IMG/VR virus record: IMGVR_UViG_3300032272_000057
Location: 1-27,227 of that record
Direction: 5' to 3' (one strand)
DNA: 27,227 nt
Source: a virus
Lineage: Duplodnaviria; Caudoviricetes
Shown: piece by piece, positions 13,713-22,344 of the stretch
Position numbering within the stretch: position 1 is the stretch's first letter
Layout of the letters: each line of letters opens with the position of its first letter
Notes under the pieces: generated by a model
Database searches by the model: none
Told to the model about the DNA's origin: nothing
The model's input: the letters and a program-made list of their open reading frames with translations, nothing else
Translations under genes and position numbers: made by a program

Positions 13713-16172
13713 ATGCCAAAAGCGTCCCCGATCCAAACATCTTTTAACGCAGGGGAGTTTTCTCCCCTTATGTACGGCCGCGTCGATTATGACCGGTATA
13801 AGAATGGATTAGAACTTTGCGAAAATTGGGTGCCGATCATTCAAGGGCCTTTGTTAAAGCGCCCCGGCACAAAATTTATCGCGCATTTAGCTGACTCAAC
13901 TAAAAAGTCAAGTCTGATACATTTCTCTTTCAACGCCGATCAATCTTATATGATTGAATTTTCTGATCAGAAGATCAGATTTTATACCGATGACGCAGCC
14001 ATTGTCGAAGCTGATGTCACCATAACAGGCGCAACTCAAGCGAACCCTGTGGTGGTTACAGCTACGGCGCATGGCTACGCAAACGGCGACGCTGTTTATA
14101 TTAAAGATGTTGTCGGTATGACCGAGCTCAACGGCCGGCCTTTCGTTGTCGCCAATGTCACAGCCAACACCTTTGAACTCTCTGGTGTTGACGGCACCGG
14201 CTACACGGCATATACCTCTGGCGGAGCGGCCAACCGGGTTTACGAGATCGACTCCCCGTACCTGGAAGCGGACCTTCCGGAAATCCAACATGCACAAAGC
14301 GCAGATGTTCTTTATCTTACGCACGAAGACTACGCTCCGAGAAAACTGATCCGGATGGCTGATTTAACTTGGGAACTGCAGATCATCGATCTCGATGACG
14401 GACCTTATCTGCAGACAAACCCGGTTGATGAAAATGTCATAACCCCTAATAAAACATCGAATAAATCAATCACCGGCGCAACGCAGGCGAACCCCGTTGT
14501 TATAACCTCGGCCTCTCATGGCTTCTTAAACGGCGAGGCGGTTCACATCAACCAAGTTGTCGGCATGGAAGAACTCAACGACGGTATATTCACTGTCGCC
14601 AATAAGGCAACAAACTCTTTTGAATTATTAGGTATCGATGGGACTGCTTACGGCGCTTATGTTTCCGGAGGTATTGCGAGTTCTGTAACATTAACAGCAG
14701 CTAACCCCACATTCGCCGCCACTGATGTTGAACGCACTTTACGGTTTCTCGACTCAGCAGGAAACTGGTCCTGGTTTGAGATCATAGCGTACACAAGCTC
14801 CACGGTTGTTACCGCAGCTTTGCTCGGGCCCGATCTCGCCACCACCACTGGAACAAATAACTGGCGGTTAGGTGCTTGGTCAGACACAACGGGGTACCCC
14901 GGGTCTGTTACCTTTTTCGAGGATAGACTGTGGTTTGGTGGTGGTGCAGGGGAGCCCGCCCGTATTGACGGCAGTAAAACCTCTGAGTACGAAGTATTCT
15001 CCCCGAGCAACGAGGCCGGAGTGGTCCCGGCGAACTACGCCGTATCCGCAACGCTGAATGCAGACAGCATCAACGCTATCCGGTGGATGAGCGATAACGA
15101 AAAAGGCTTAGTGGTTGGCACCTCTGGCGGCGAGTGGATTGTCCGCCCATCAACTCTGAGCGAGTCTATTTCCCCGTCCAACATATCGGCCAAACGCTCA
15201 ACGACTTTCGGCTCTAAAAAAGAGCAACCGATCCGGGTTGGATCAAACACTTTGTTCATCCAACGTTCCGGCCGCAAGCTCAGAGAGTTGGCGTACTCTT
15301 TCGAAAAAGACGGTTTCACCGCCCCTGATCTGACGCTCTTATCTGAGCATCTATCCGAGACTGGCCTTGTCCAGCTGGCGTTCGCGCAGCAGCCGCAACC
15401 GATTGTTTGGGCTTTGCGGGCGGACGGTAAACTTCTCGGTATGAGTTACGCCAGGGAAGAGAACGTCGTCGGTTGGCACAAGCATACCCTCGGCGGAACT
15501 GATGTGGAGGTTGAGAGTATTTCTGTCATCCCAAGCGAGACGCTTAACGCCGATCAATTATGGATGATTGTTAAAAGAACTATCAACGGGGCGACTGCCC
15601 GATGCGTAGAGGTTATGACCCCGTTTTGGAAAGAGGGCGACACATTATCCGATTCGTTCTTCGTTGACAGCGGGCTGCAATCGACCTTCGCTTCGCCGGT
15701 CACAACCGTTTCCAATCTCCATCATCTTGAGGGAGAGACAGTCTCGGTACTGGCCGACGGCGCCACACACCCTGATAAAATAGTTGTTAATGGTTCGATT
15801 ACACTTGACAGAGAAGCCACGGTTGTTACTGTTGGGTTAGAATACTCTGCGACCGGACGGACACTCCGGGCCGAAGCAGGAGCAGCCGACGGCACCGCCC
15901 AGGGTAAAACAAAAAGAATTCACCGGGTAACGTTCCGGCTCAGAGACACCTTGGGTTGGAAGTATGGGAGAACCCTCGATGATTTATTCGAGTTACCGTT
16001 CCGATCGGCGGGGGATGACATGGATGAGCCGCCCCCACTGTTCACCGGTGACAAGACACTTGATTGGCCAGGGGGATATGACCAAGAAGGTTATGTGGCT
16101 TTTAGCCATGATCAACCTCTCCCGGCCACACTTATTTCTATCATGCCACAACTGATCACACAGGACCGATAA
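13713..16172 (+). CDS. Tail tubular protein B / nozzle (T7 gp12-like) with two inserted beta domains
   Basis: SFNAGEFSP.MYGR.D, KRPGT, AQSADVL, YP..V.FFEDRL motifs; 819 aa. Confidence 0.92.
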   Translation: MPKASPIQTSFNAGEFSPLMYGRVDYDRYKNGLELCENWVPIIQGPLLKRPGTKFIAHLADSTKKSSLIHFSFNADQSYMIEFSDQKIRFYTDDAAIVEADVTITGATQANPVVVTATAHGYANGDAVYIKDVVGMTELNGRPFVVANVTANTFELSGVDGTGYTAYTSGGAANRVYEIDSPYLEADLPEIQHAQSADVLYLTHEDYAPRKLIRMADLTWELQIIDLDDGPYLQTNPVDENVITPNKTSNKSITGATQANPVVITSASHGFLNGEAVHINQVVGMEELNDGIFTVANKATNSFELLGIDGTAYGAYVSGGIASSVTLTAANPTFAATDVERTLRFLDSAGNWSWFEIIAYTSSTVVTAALLGPDLATTTGTNNWRLGAWSDTTGYPGSVTFFEDRLWFGGGAGEPARIDGSKTSEYEVFSPSNEAGVVPANYAVSATLNADSINAIRWMSDNEKGLVVGTSGGEWIVRPSTLSESISPSNISAKRSTTFGSKKEQPIRVGSNTLFIQRSGRKLRELAYSFEKDGFTAPDLTLLSEHLSETGLVQLAFAQQPQPIVWALRADGKLLGMSYAREENVVGWHKHTLGGTDVEVESISVIPSETLNADQLWMIVKRTINGATARCVEVMTPFWKEGDTLSDSFFVDSGLQSTFASPVTTVSNLHHLEGETVSVLADGATHPDKIVVNGSITLDREATVVTVGLEYSATGRTLRAEAGAADGTAQGKTKRIHRVTFRLRDTLGWKYGRTLDDLFELPFRSAGDDMDEPPPLFTGDKTLDWPGGYDQEGYVAFSHDQPLPATLISIMPQLITQDR
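14022..14672 (+). repeat. Two ~68-aa internal repeats (ITGATQANPVV.T...HG..NG..V.I..VVGM.ELN...F.VAN...N.FEL.G.DGT.Y.AY.SGG)
   Basis: Copies at about 14022-14225 and 14469-14672. Confidence 0.9.
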
Positions 16173-16173
16173 T

Positions 16174-16614
16174 ATGGGCGCAGCTGTTATAGGAAAAATA
16201 GTCGGTACGGCCATAAACATGGGCGGTGCTGCAGTCGCCGGTAAAGCGAACGAAGCATCTTATGAAGCAGCGGGCGAGATAGCGGTTTTAAACGCAGACT
16301 CCGCCAAACAAAAGTTTATTGTTGACAAACAGAAATTAGAGCGTGACATCGCTCACCAAATCGGTTCGCAAATAGCGAATACCGGAGCTTCCGGTTTAGC
16401 ATTTACAGGCAGTGCTCTTGACATGCTGGCCGAAAGTGAAACCTTTGCAGCACTCGACATGGAAACTTTACGTTACAACAGTGATCTCGCCATCGCCGGG
16501 TTTAAATTCGAAGAGGAGTTGGCGATCCACGGAGAACGACAAGCTGAAAAAGGCACGGCGTTAAACGTGGCGAGCAGTTTATTCGGCGGCATGGGAAGCA
16601 TGATGGGGAAATAA
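16174..16614 (+). CDS. Internal virion protein (T7 gp14-like)
   Basis: Ala/Gly-rich; G.Q.A..GASG....GSALD motif; position after nozzle. Confidence 0.75.
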   Translation: MGAAVIGKIVGTAINMGGAAVAGKANEASYEAAGEIAVLNADSAKQKFIVDKQKLERDIAHQIGSQIANTGASGLAFTGSALDMLAESETFAALDMETLRYNSDLAIAGFKFEEELAIHGERQAEKGTALNVASSLFGGMGSMMGK

Positions 16615-18138
16615 ATGCCTAAAATACCACAATACCAATCAACTCAGAACGTAGCTGGCCAAACGCAATTCAGGACCCCGAGCCCGGAAAACTTAGGTGC
16701 GGGCACCGGTAGAGCGCTGCAGCAGGTCGGTGACTCTGTATCAAACCTGGGCGCCCAGATTCAAGGGTTCCAGGAGCGTAGAGATCTCAGCAAAGCCAAT
16801 AAAAATGTTTCGGCCTTGCGGGCCACCTACGCTCAAGAGTTGACCACCGCAGAACAAAACGCCAATTTCGGCGATGATGTCACCAGCGATATTTTAACCA
16901 AATATGATAAAGATGTTTCCTCGCTGATGGAGTTCGACACAGCCAAAGGTCGCTCTGAGTTCGAACGTATGTCCCTCGATTTCAGAAACGTTCTGGCCCA
17001 GAAGTCGATAACGGCCCAGGTTAAACGCCAAGGTGCCGGAGCTGCCCTCGACTTTCAAAAAGAGATGGACGCCAACGGACAACTCATTCAATCTGATCCC
17101 TCTATGTTTGGCAACATTGCAAACGAGATGGTATCTCAACTGGATGACGACAACGGCCGGTTTGCTAAACTCTCGCGAGCGAAACGCACTGAGCTGAAAA
17201 CAGAAGTCATACAGAACCTCGCATCCAACGCGGCGATGGGCACAATAACCCAAAGCCCAAGAGAAGCAGTGTTTATGGCGACTGAAGGCACCGGGCCGTT
17301 TGCTCACCTTTCCGCTGAGAAAAGGGGGACTTACACGAACGCCGCGTTATCAAACTACCGGACGCAGATGCAGTTTGTGCAAGGCCAGGAAGACCGGGAG
17401 CGTAACGGTTTGGAGCGCCAGCAGAGAGATACCGAAGAAAACACATCTAAATTAATGGACACTCAGTTTGCCAGCGGTAAGCTGACCGCAACAGAAGTTC
17501 AAGCTAATAAAGATAAATTGACGCCAGCTGCATACCGGTTTAATCTTGAGAGAGTATCGACCGGCCGCAAAGCCACAACTGTTCCGGACGTGTATTCTGA
17601 TCTCTACACCCGGGCGCTCAACGGCGAAGATGTTCTTAACGAAGCGACCGAAGAGTACCACGGATATAGATTAGAAGTCGCTCATTATAATAAGATTCTC
17701 GATGTGCACAAAGACGGACCGAAAGTTCCTGCCAAATTTACTGAGGCAGAACAGTACGTTAAAGACGCGATGCGGCCTGACCCGGCCAACCCGTCGTTCG
17801 GTCAACCTTTCCGCCACGCTGAATCCGTTGCTGATATTAGAGAGTGGATGAAGGATAACAAGAACGCATCGGCAGCAGAAGCCATGGCAGCGGCCAGGGG
17901 GATCGTTACAGATCGATCGTTGGTCAACCAAACTTCTTTCTCCATCAACACCCCGACGCCAAGGTTTATGTCCGGCAACAGGCAGATGATGGACTTCCAA
18001 GCGACCGTAGAAGCGACCGACCAGGCTTACGAAACAGGAGAACTCTCGGAAAAAGAGTATGATAAGCAATTAAATCTTATTGAACAATGGCAGTTACATT
18101 TAGCCCAACCAGTATCCCCGACCAAGGTGGAGAACTAA
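16615..18138 (+). CDS. Internal virion (ejection) protein (T7 gp15-like position)
   Basis: MPKIP.Y N-terminus, helical composition, synteny. Confidence 0.7.
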   Translation: MPKIPQYQSTQNVAGQTQFRTPSPENLGAGTGRALQQVGDSVSNLGAQIQGFQERRDLSKANKNVSALRATYAQELTTAEQNANFGDDVTSDILTKYDKDVSSLMEFDTAKGRSEFERMSLDFRNVLAQKSITAQVKRQGAGAALDFQKEMDANGQLIQSDPSMFGNIANEMVSQLDDDNGRFAKLSRAKRTELKTEVIQNLASNAAMGTITQSPREAVFMATEGTGPFAHLSAEKRGTYTNAALSNYRTQMQFVQGQEDRERNGLERQQRDTEENTSKLMDTQFASGKLTATEVQANKDKLTPAAYRFNLERVSTGRKATTVPDVYSDLYTRALNGEDVLNEATEEYHGYRLEVAHYNKILDVHKDGPKVPAKFTEAEQYVKDAMRPDPANPSFGQPFRHAESVADIREWMKDNKNASAAEAMAAARGIVTDRSLVNQTSFSINTPTPRFMSGNRQMMDFQATVEATDQAYETGELSEKEYDKQLNLIEQWQLHLAQPVSPTKVEN

Positions 18139-21100
18139 ATGTTGAACGAATTTGAAAATAAAATAGACAACGAGGAAATTGTCACTCCGGCACTCAGCGA
18201 GAAGCAAGACAACTTGGCCGAGCCCCACGAGACGAAAACCAGGACCCGTAACTCTGAGGCGGTGCGCTCGCGTATCACCGCTCGTTTTGAGCCAAAACCT
18301 GTTGATCCTGAAGTCACTAAGCAAATAAGTTCTACCTACACGGGCGCGACCGCCGCGATCATGGGCCAGATCGCCGATATGAACGCTAACGGCGGTTACC
18401 TTAAAAGTTCAATGAAAGCTGCGGTTGAAGTCCCCCGTGTCATTTATAACGGACTGGCCAACACCATCAACAGCATCATGGATTCGACTGAATACATCGG
18501 CGAGACGATGGCCGACTTCGTTATGCAGACCAGTGATGAAGAGAAGGCGCAGCTCGAAGAGTTAGAGATCAACCCCCGAATCCCTATGGCGGGCGAGCCT
18601 TCAACCGTCGTTGGTAAAGTCGGCCAAGAGATGATCACCTTTCTTGGTCTGTTCCAGTTTGCGGGCGGAGGCGCTACGGCGCCAACATCTATCCCGGCCA
18701 GAATGGGCGCTGACGCAGTAAAAGGAGCCATGGCCGACTTCATGGGCCCTGCTTACGAAACCAGAGCGTCCACAGCATTGAACGATGTTTTGAAAGAGAA
18801 CTTCCCCGGCCAAGAGAATACGTTCCTTGAGTGGATGGCCGGAGATCCCGATGATACCGAGGGTGATAAACGTATCAAGAATATGATAGAGGGGGCGCCG
18901 TTAGGGGTTGCAGCTGACGTATTTTTAACCGGTCTGAGAGCTTTGAAAAAAACCCGGTGGGCCAATAAAGCCGCCGACAAGATCTTTGGCCCAGGCCATA
19001 GCTCCGGAACGTTAGACCCCGAAATCAAGTTTGATGATCTGGATACATCAACCCCCGCAGCGCCGATCGAAGTAGAGCACCCGATCGTTAGAGGTGCTGA
19101 AGAGTTGGTCGATGCGGATTCCAGTATCGTGAGAGCGGCGCCATACGTTGAGCGTAACGGCAAACGTGTCCGTCCGATCTACACGGCCAACCGGGAGCAG
19201 ATCACAGACGTTATCAGTAAGACCGAAGCCGATTACACGAACCCGGATAAACTGGTATTTCGTGCCATCTTCCCGGATGATCTTAAATTCAAAGAAGGCA
19301 AGCTTCAGGCGAACCCGAAAGGTCATGCGACCGAAGAGGGCGAAAACCTGGTAGCATCTTGGTGGTCTTCGAGCCTTGAAGATGCCAAAGAAATTCTAAA
19401 GAACAAAGGCGAAGGCGCAAGAGTCGTCGCCATGAAAGTATCTGATTTACCTGATAAAACTTATCTGCAGAACGTAACTCCTGTTGACGACGTGCACAAA
19501 GTATGGGTCGGAGTCCCGGCCGACGTACCTCACAATAATTTATTATGGGTTGACACGGCCGGAGATTCTGCTACTATTGTTGCAAAACCTGCAACAAAAG
19601 GAGGAAAAAATGCAAAAACTGGAATCGATGACGTGGGAACAGTGGGAGAAGTATCGGGACGGCAAGGCGTTTCAGAAACTCCCGGTGGCCAAGCAGGTAG
19701 AAGTGATGAACAACTTGCCCAAGCAGCTGATGAGCAGACAGGTGGCGCAGGACATGGACAGCTCAAGCTAGAATCTGTATCCGGCAAAACCCCTGTTGAG
19801 ATTAACTTCGCCAGGATCGAAGCGCCTGAAGACATCAAAACGTTAATTCAGGATATGGCGAACGCCAAAGCCGGAGACATTGACGACGCCCGCCGCGGTG
19901 TTCGGACCTGGGAAGAAACAAAACTCTCGGCCGAGCAGGAAGACGCTTGGAAGATTCTCTCTGAACGCCGAAGCGGTGATCCTCTTAATGCCGAACAATC
20001 TTTAGCTGTTCGTGAGCTCTGGGTTCGATCTGCCGGTAAACTGAAGACACTGGCCGATCAAGCTGCAATCAACCCCTCTGAAGCCAATCTTTTTAAATTT
20101 CGCAAGATGGCGGCCACACATTCTGTTATCCAACAGGAAGTTATAGCAGCCAGGACCGAGACGGCTCGTGCGTTAAACGCATGGAAGATCCCGGCCGGCG
20201 GTAATGCCGAGAAGATGCGCCAGATGAATGACGTGCTAAACGCCGCAGGTGGCCCAGACGTCACCCGAGAAATGGCCGAGCGTTATTCCAAGATGGTCAA
20301 CGGCGGCGAGTTCGGGGCCTCTGAGAAATTCTTGGAGAGAAGTATTTACGAAAAGACCAAAGACGGAATAGCCCAAGTATGGGTAAACTCCCTCTTATCG
20401 GGCCCGAAGACTTTAGCCCGTAACGCCATATCCCAGACCGCCGTACTCGGCCAAATGATTTATGAGCGTAAAGCCGCTGAGTTGATCAGCGGAGCCCACG
20501 CCAACGGAGAGATCGCCCGTGGTGAAGCCATGCAGCTGATCTACGGATTGGTCGATGGCTTTAAAGATTCGTTCCGGGTTACCGCCAAAGGCCGGAAGAT
20601 GGCTATTGAGTCCGCCAAGAAAGTAGGCAAAGGTGATGTAGCCGGAGCGAAAGCAGCTCTTGAAGGTGGCCGGGATGAGTTTGGCACAGTATTCCAAAGT
20701 GTAGCCACCGGAGAATCCGGCATTGGCCTCGGGAAGATCGACCTGCCGAGACAAGGTTCTTTGTCGGCAGAGTCCCTTGGGGTTCAACACGCGGGCGTTG
20801 GTAAAGCCTTGGACGTACTTGATACAGTATCTCAGCTGCCGGGCCGCGCTCTGACCATATCTGATGAGTATTTCAAGACTTCAGCGTACCGAATGGAGCT
20901 TCGCGCCCAATCTCTCCGCCTGGCCAGTAAAGAAATAGCCGACGGGAAGATCCCTGCAGAACAATTAAAAGATCGCATGGCCGAGTTGATCAACGATCCA
21001 ACTGAAGAGTTGAGACTTGCTTCCGCCGACGCAGCCCTTACTGCCACATTCACCGGGCCGGTTGGTCCTGTTGGCGAAGCGATCACAAAGCTCGCGCAAA

Positions 21101-22305
21101 AGACCGGTCCTTTAGGACGTATCATCCTGCCGTTCCGGCGCACCCCTATCAACATCGCAGCTTACACTTTCGAGCGAACACCTCTGGCTCCTCTGGTCAA
21201 AAATTGGAGAGCCGATATGGCCGCAGGCGGCGCCAAGCGCGATCTCGCCCTGGCCAGAACATCAACCGGCACGGCGATCATGTTGGTTATGGCCGATCTG
21301 GCGATGAACGGAACGATTACCGGCGACGGCCCTGCGGACAACAGCCAGAAGGCGACACTGCAGCGGCAAGGGTGGCAACCAAACTCGGTGCGGGTACCAA
21401 CTGAAGATGGCGGCACCCGTTATTTCAGTTACCGTGGCCTCGAACCTATCTCCACCTTGATGGGCCTTTCGGCCAATACCATGGAAATCATGGAGCAACT
21501 CGGTGAAGATGATGAGAACGCCCAAGCTGATGAGCTTGTGATTGCAGGTATTCTCGCCATTGGTAACAACGTCACCAGCCAAACGTATATGACCGGTGTT
21601 TCCAACTTCATTGAAGCTTTGAACGACCCGGCACGTTTCGGCGAATCATATTTCAAACGCCTGGCTGCGTCCACAATACCTTCTGCGGTTGGCGAAGTTG
21701 CGACCTACAACGACCCTTACATGCGAGCGGCGAGTGATATGGCCGACGCCATGAAGCGAAAGACGCCCGGCTTATCCAAAGATCTGCCGTTTGTCCGCGA
21801 TCTCTGGGGGCGTCCAATGGACCGCCGATCAGGTATTGGCCCGGCGTATGATGCTTTCTCGCCAATATATTCGCGCAAGTTTAATCCACAAGCGATCGAC
21901 ACTGAGCTCGAAAGTCAAGAGATTTATGTCAGTCGGCCATCTAAAAAATCAGTGTTCAACGGGGTGGTCATGGATCTCGATCGATACCCTCATGCTTACG
22001 ACCGGTATCAAGAGTTGTCCGGAAACGCTATGACGCAAAACATATATGGCGCTCCGATCGATGTGTCTGGAAAAGGTTTGAAAGATGCTCTGAATGATCT
22101 AGTCACAGGCAAGCATCCACTGTCTCAAATTTATGATCTCTACTCTGATGGCCCCGACGGCGGCAAGAGCGATCTAATCAAAGATATGGTGCGCCAATAC
22201 CGAGAAGCAGCCAGAGCTCATATCTTAAAAGAGTTTCCAGAGATCGAGGCAGAGGTGGAGATCAGAAAAGCACAGCACCCGGGCAAGATTAACCTAGCCA
22301 ATTAA
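18139..22305 (+). CDS. Large internal virion (ejection) protein, 1388 aa, with an inserted ART-like domain
   Basis: Synteny (T7 gp16 position); conserved C-terminal part (NSLLSGP.T..RN, PF.RTP.NI, ITG.GP, GWQP.S, SY.GLEP, RDLWG.P). Confidence 0.85.
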   Translation: MLNEFENKIDNEEIVTPALSEKQDNLAEPHETKTRTRNSEAVRSRITARFEPKPVDPEVTKQISSTYTGATAAIMGQIADMNANGGYLKSSMKAAVEVPRVIYNGLANTINSIMDSTEYIGETMADFVMQTSDEEKAQLEELEINPRIPMAGEPSTVVGKVGQEMITFLGLFQFAGGGATAPTSIPARMGADAVKGAMADFMGPAYETRASTALNDVLKENFPGQENTFLEWMAGDPDDTEGDKRIKNMIEGAPLGVAADVFLTGLRALKKTRWANKAADKIFGPGHSSGTLDPEIKFDDLDTSTPAAPIEVEHPIVRGAEELVDADSSIVRAAPYVERNGKRVRPIYTANREQITDVISKTEADYTNPDKLVFRAIFPDDLKFKEGKLQANPKGHATEEGENLVASWWSSSLEDAKEILKNKGEGARVVAMKVSDLPDKTYLQNVTPVDDVHKVWVGVPADVPHNNLLWVDTAGDSATIVAKPATKGGKNAKTGIDDVGTVGEVSGRQGVSETPGGQAGRSDEQLAQAADEQTGGAGHGQLKLESVSGKTPVEINFARIEAPEDIKTLIQDMANAKAGDIDDARRGVRTWEETKLSAEQEDAWKILSERRSGDPLNAEQSLAVRELWVRSAGKLKTLADQAAINPSEANLFKFRKMAATHSVIQQEVIAARTETARALNAWKIPAGGNAEKMRQMNDVLNAAGGPDVTREMAERYSKMVNGGEFGASEKFLERSIYEKTKDGIAQVWVNSLLSGPKTLARNAISQTAVLGQMIYERKAAELISGAHANGEIARGEAMQLIYGLVDGFKDSFRVTAKGRKMAIESAKKVGKGDVAGAKAALEGGRDEFGTVFQSVATGESGIGLGKIDLPRQGSLSAESLGVQHAGVGKALDVLDTVSQLPGRALTISDEYFKTSAYRMELRAQSLRLASKEIADGKIPAEQLKDRMAELINDPTEELRLASADAALTATFTGPVGPVGEAITKLAQKTGPLGRIILPFRRTPINIAAYTFERTPLAPLVKNWRADMAAGGAKRDLALARTSTGTAIMLVMADLAMNGTITGDGPADNSQKATLQRQGWQPNSVRVPTEDGGTRYFSYRGLEPISTLMGLSANTMEIMEQLGEDDENAQADELVIAGILAIGNNVTSQTYMTGVSNFIEALNDPARFGESYFKRLAASTIPSAVGEVATYNDPYMRAASDMADAMKRKTPGLSKDLPFVRDLWGRPMDRRSGIGPAYDAFSPIYSRKFNPQAIDTELESQEIYVSRPSKKSVFNGVVMDLDRYPHAYDRYQELSGNAMTQNIYGAPIDVSGKGLKDALNDLVTGKHPLSQIYDLYSDGPDGGKSDLIKDMVRQYREAARAHILKEFPEIEAEVEIRKAQHPGKINLAN
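19550..19604 (+). promoter_or_regulatory. Intragenic promoter, operator copy 3 and RBS
   Basis: TTGACA (19550-19555), 16 bp, TG-c-TACTAT (19569-19577); TTGTTGCA-aaacc-TGCAACAA (19577-19597); AAGGAGG (19598-19604). Confidence 0.75.
19610..19771 (+). CDS. Nested +1-frame small protein (53 aa, MQKLESMTWEQWEKYRDGKAFQKLPVAKQVEVMNNLPKQLMSRQVAQDMDSSS)
   Basis: Own promoter, operator and consensus SD 5 nt before ATG; amphipathic helical sequence; overlapped host frame is low-complexity. Confidence 0.7.
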   Translation: MQKLESMTWEQWEKYRDGKAFQKLPVAKQVEVMNNLPKQLMSRQVAQDMDSSS

Positions 22306-22344
22306 AGTATTATTTTGTAGAATAATCGCAAATGGAGCTTAATT

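Noticed and set aside
15805-15832. TTGACA-N16-TACTGT with a TG extension inside the nozzle gene
   Set aside because: No operator and no SD plus ORF directly downstream; could be chance or a weak internal promoter, so it was not called.
19484-19609. 5' extension of the nested ORF as given in the ORF track (95 aa)
   Set aside because: The extension starts upstream of the promoter and lacks an SD; ATG 19610 has the consensus SD.
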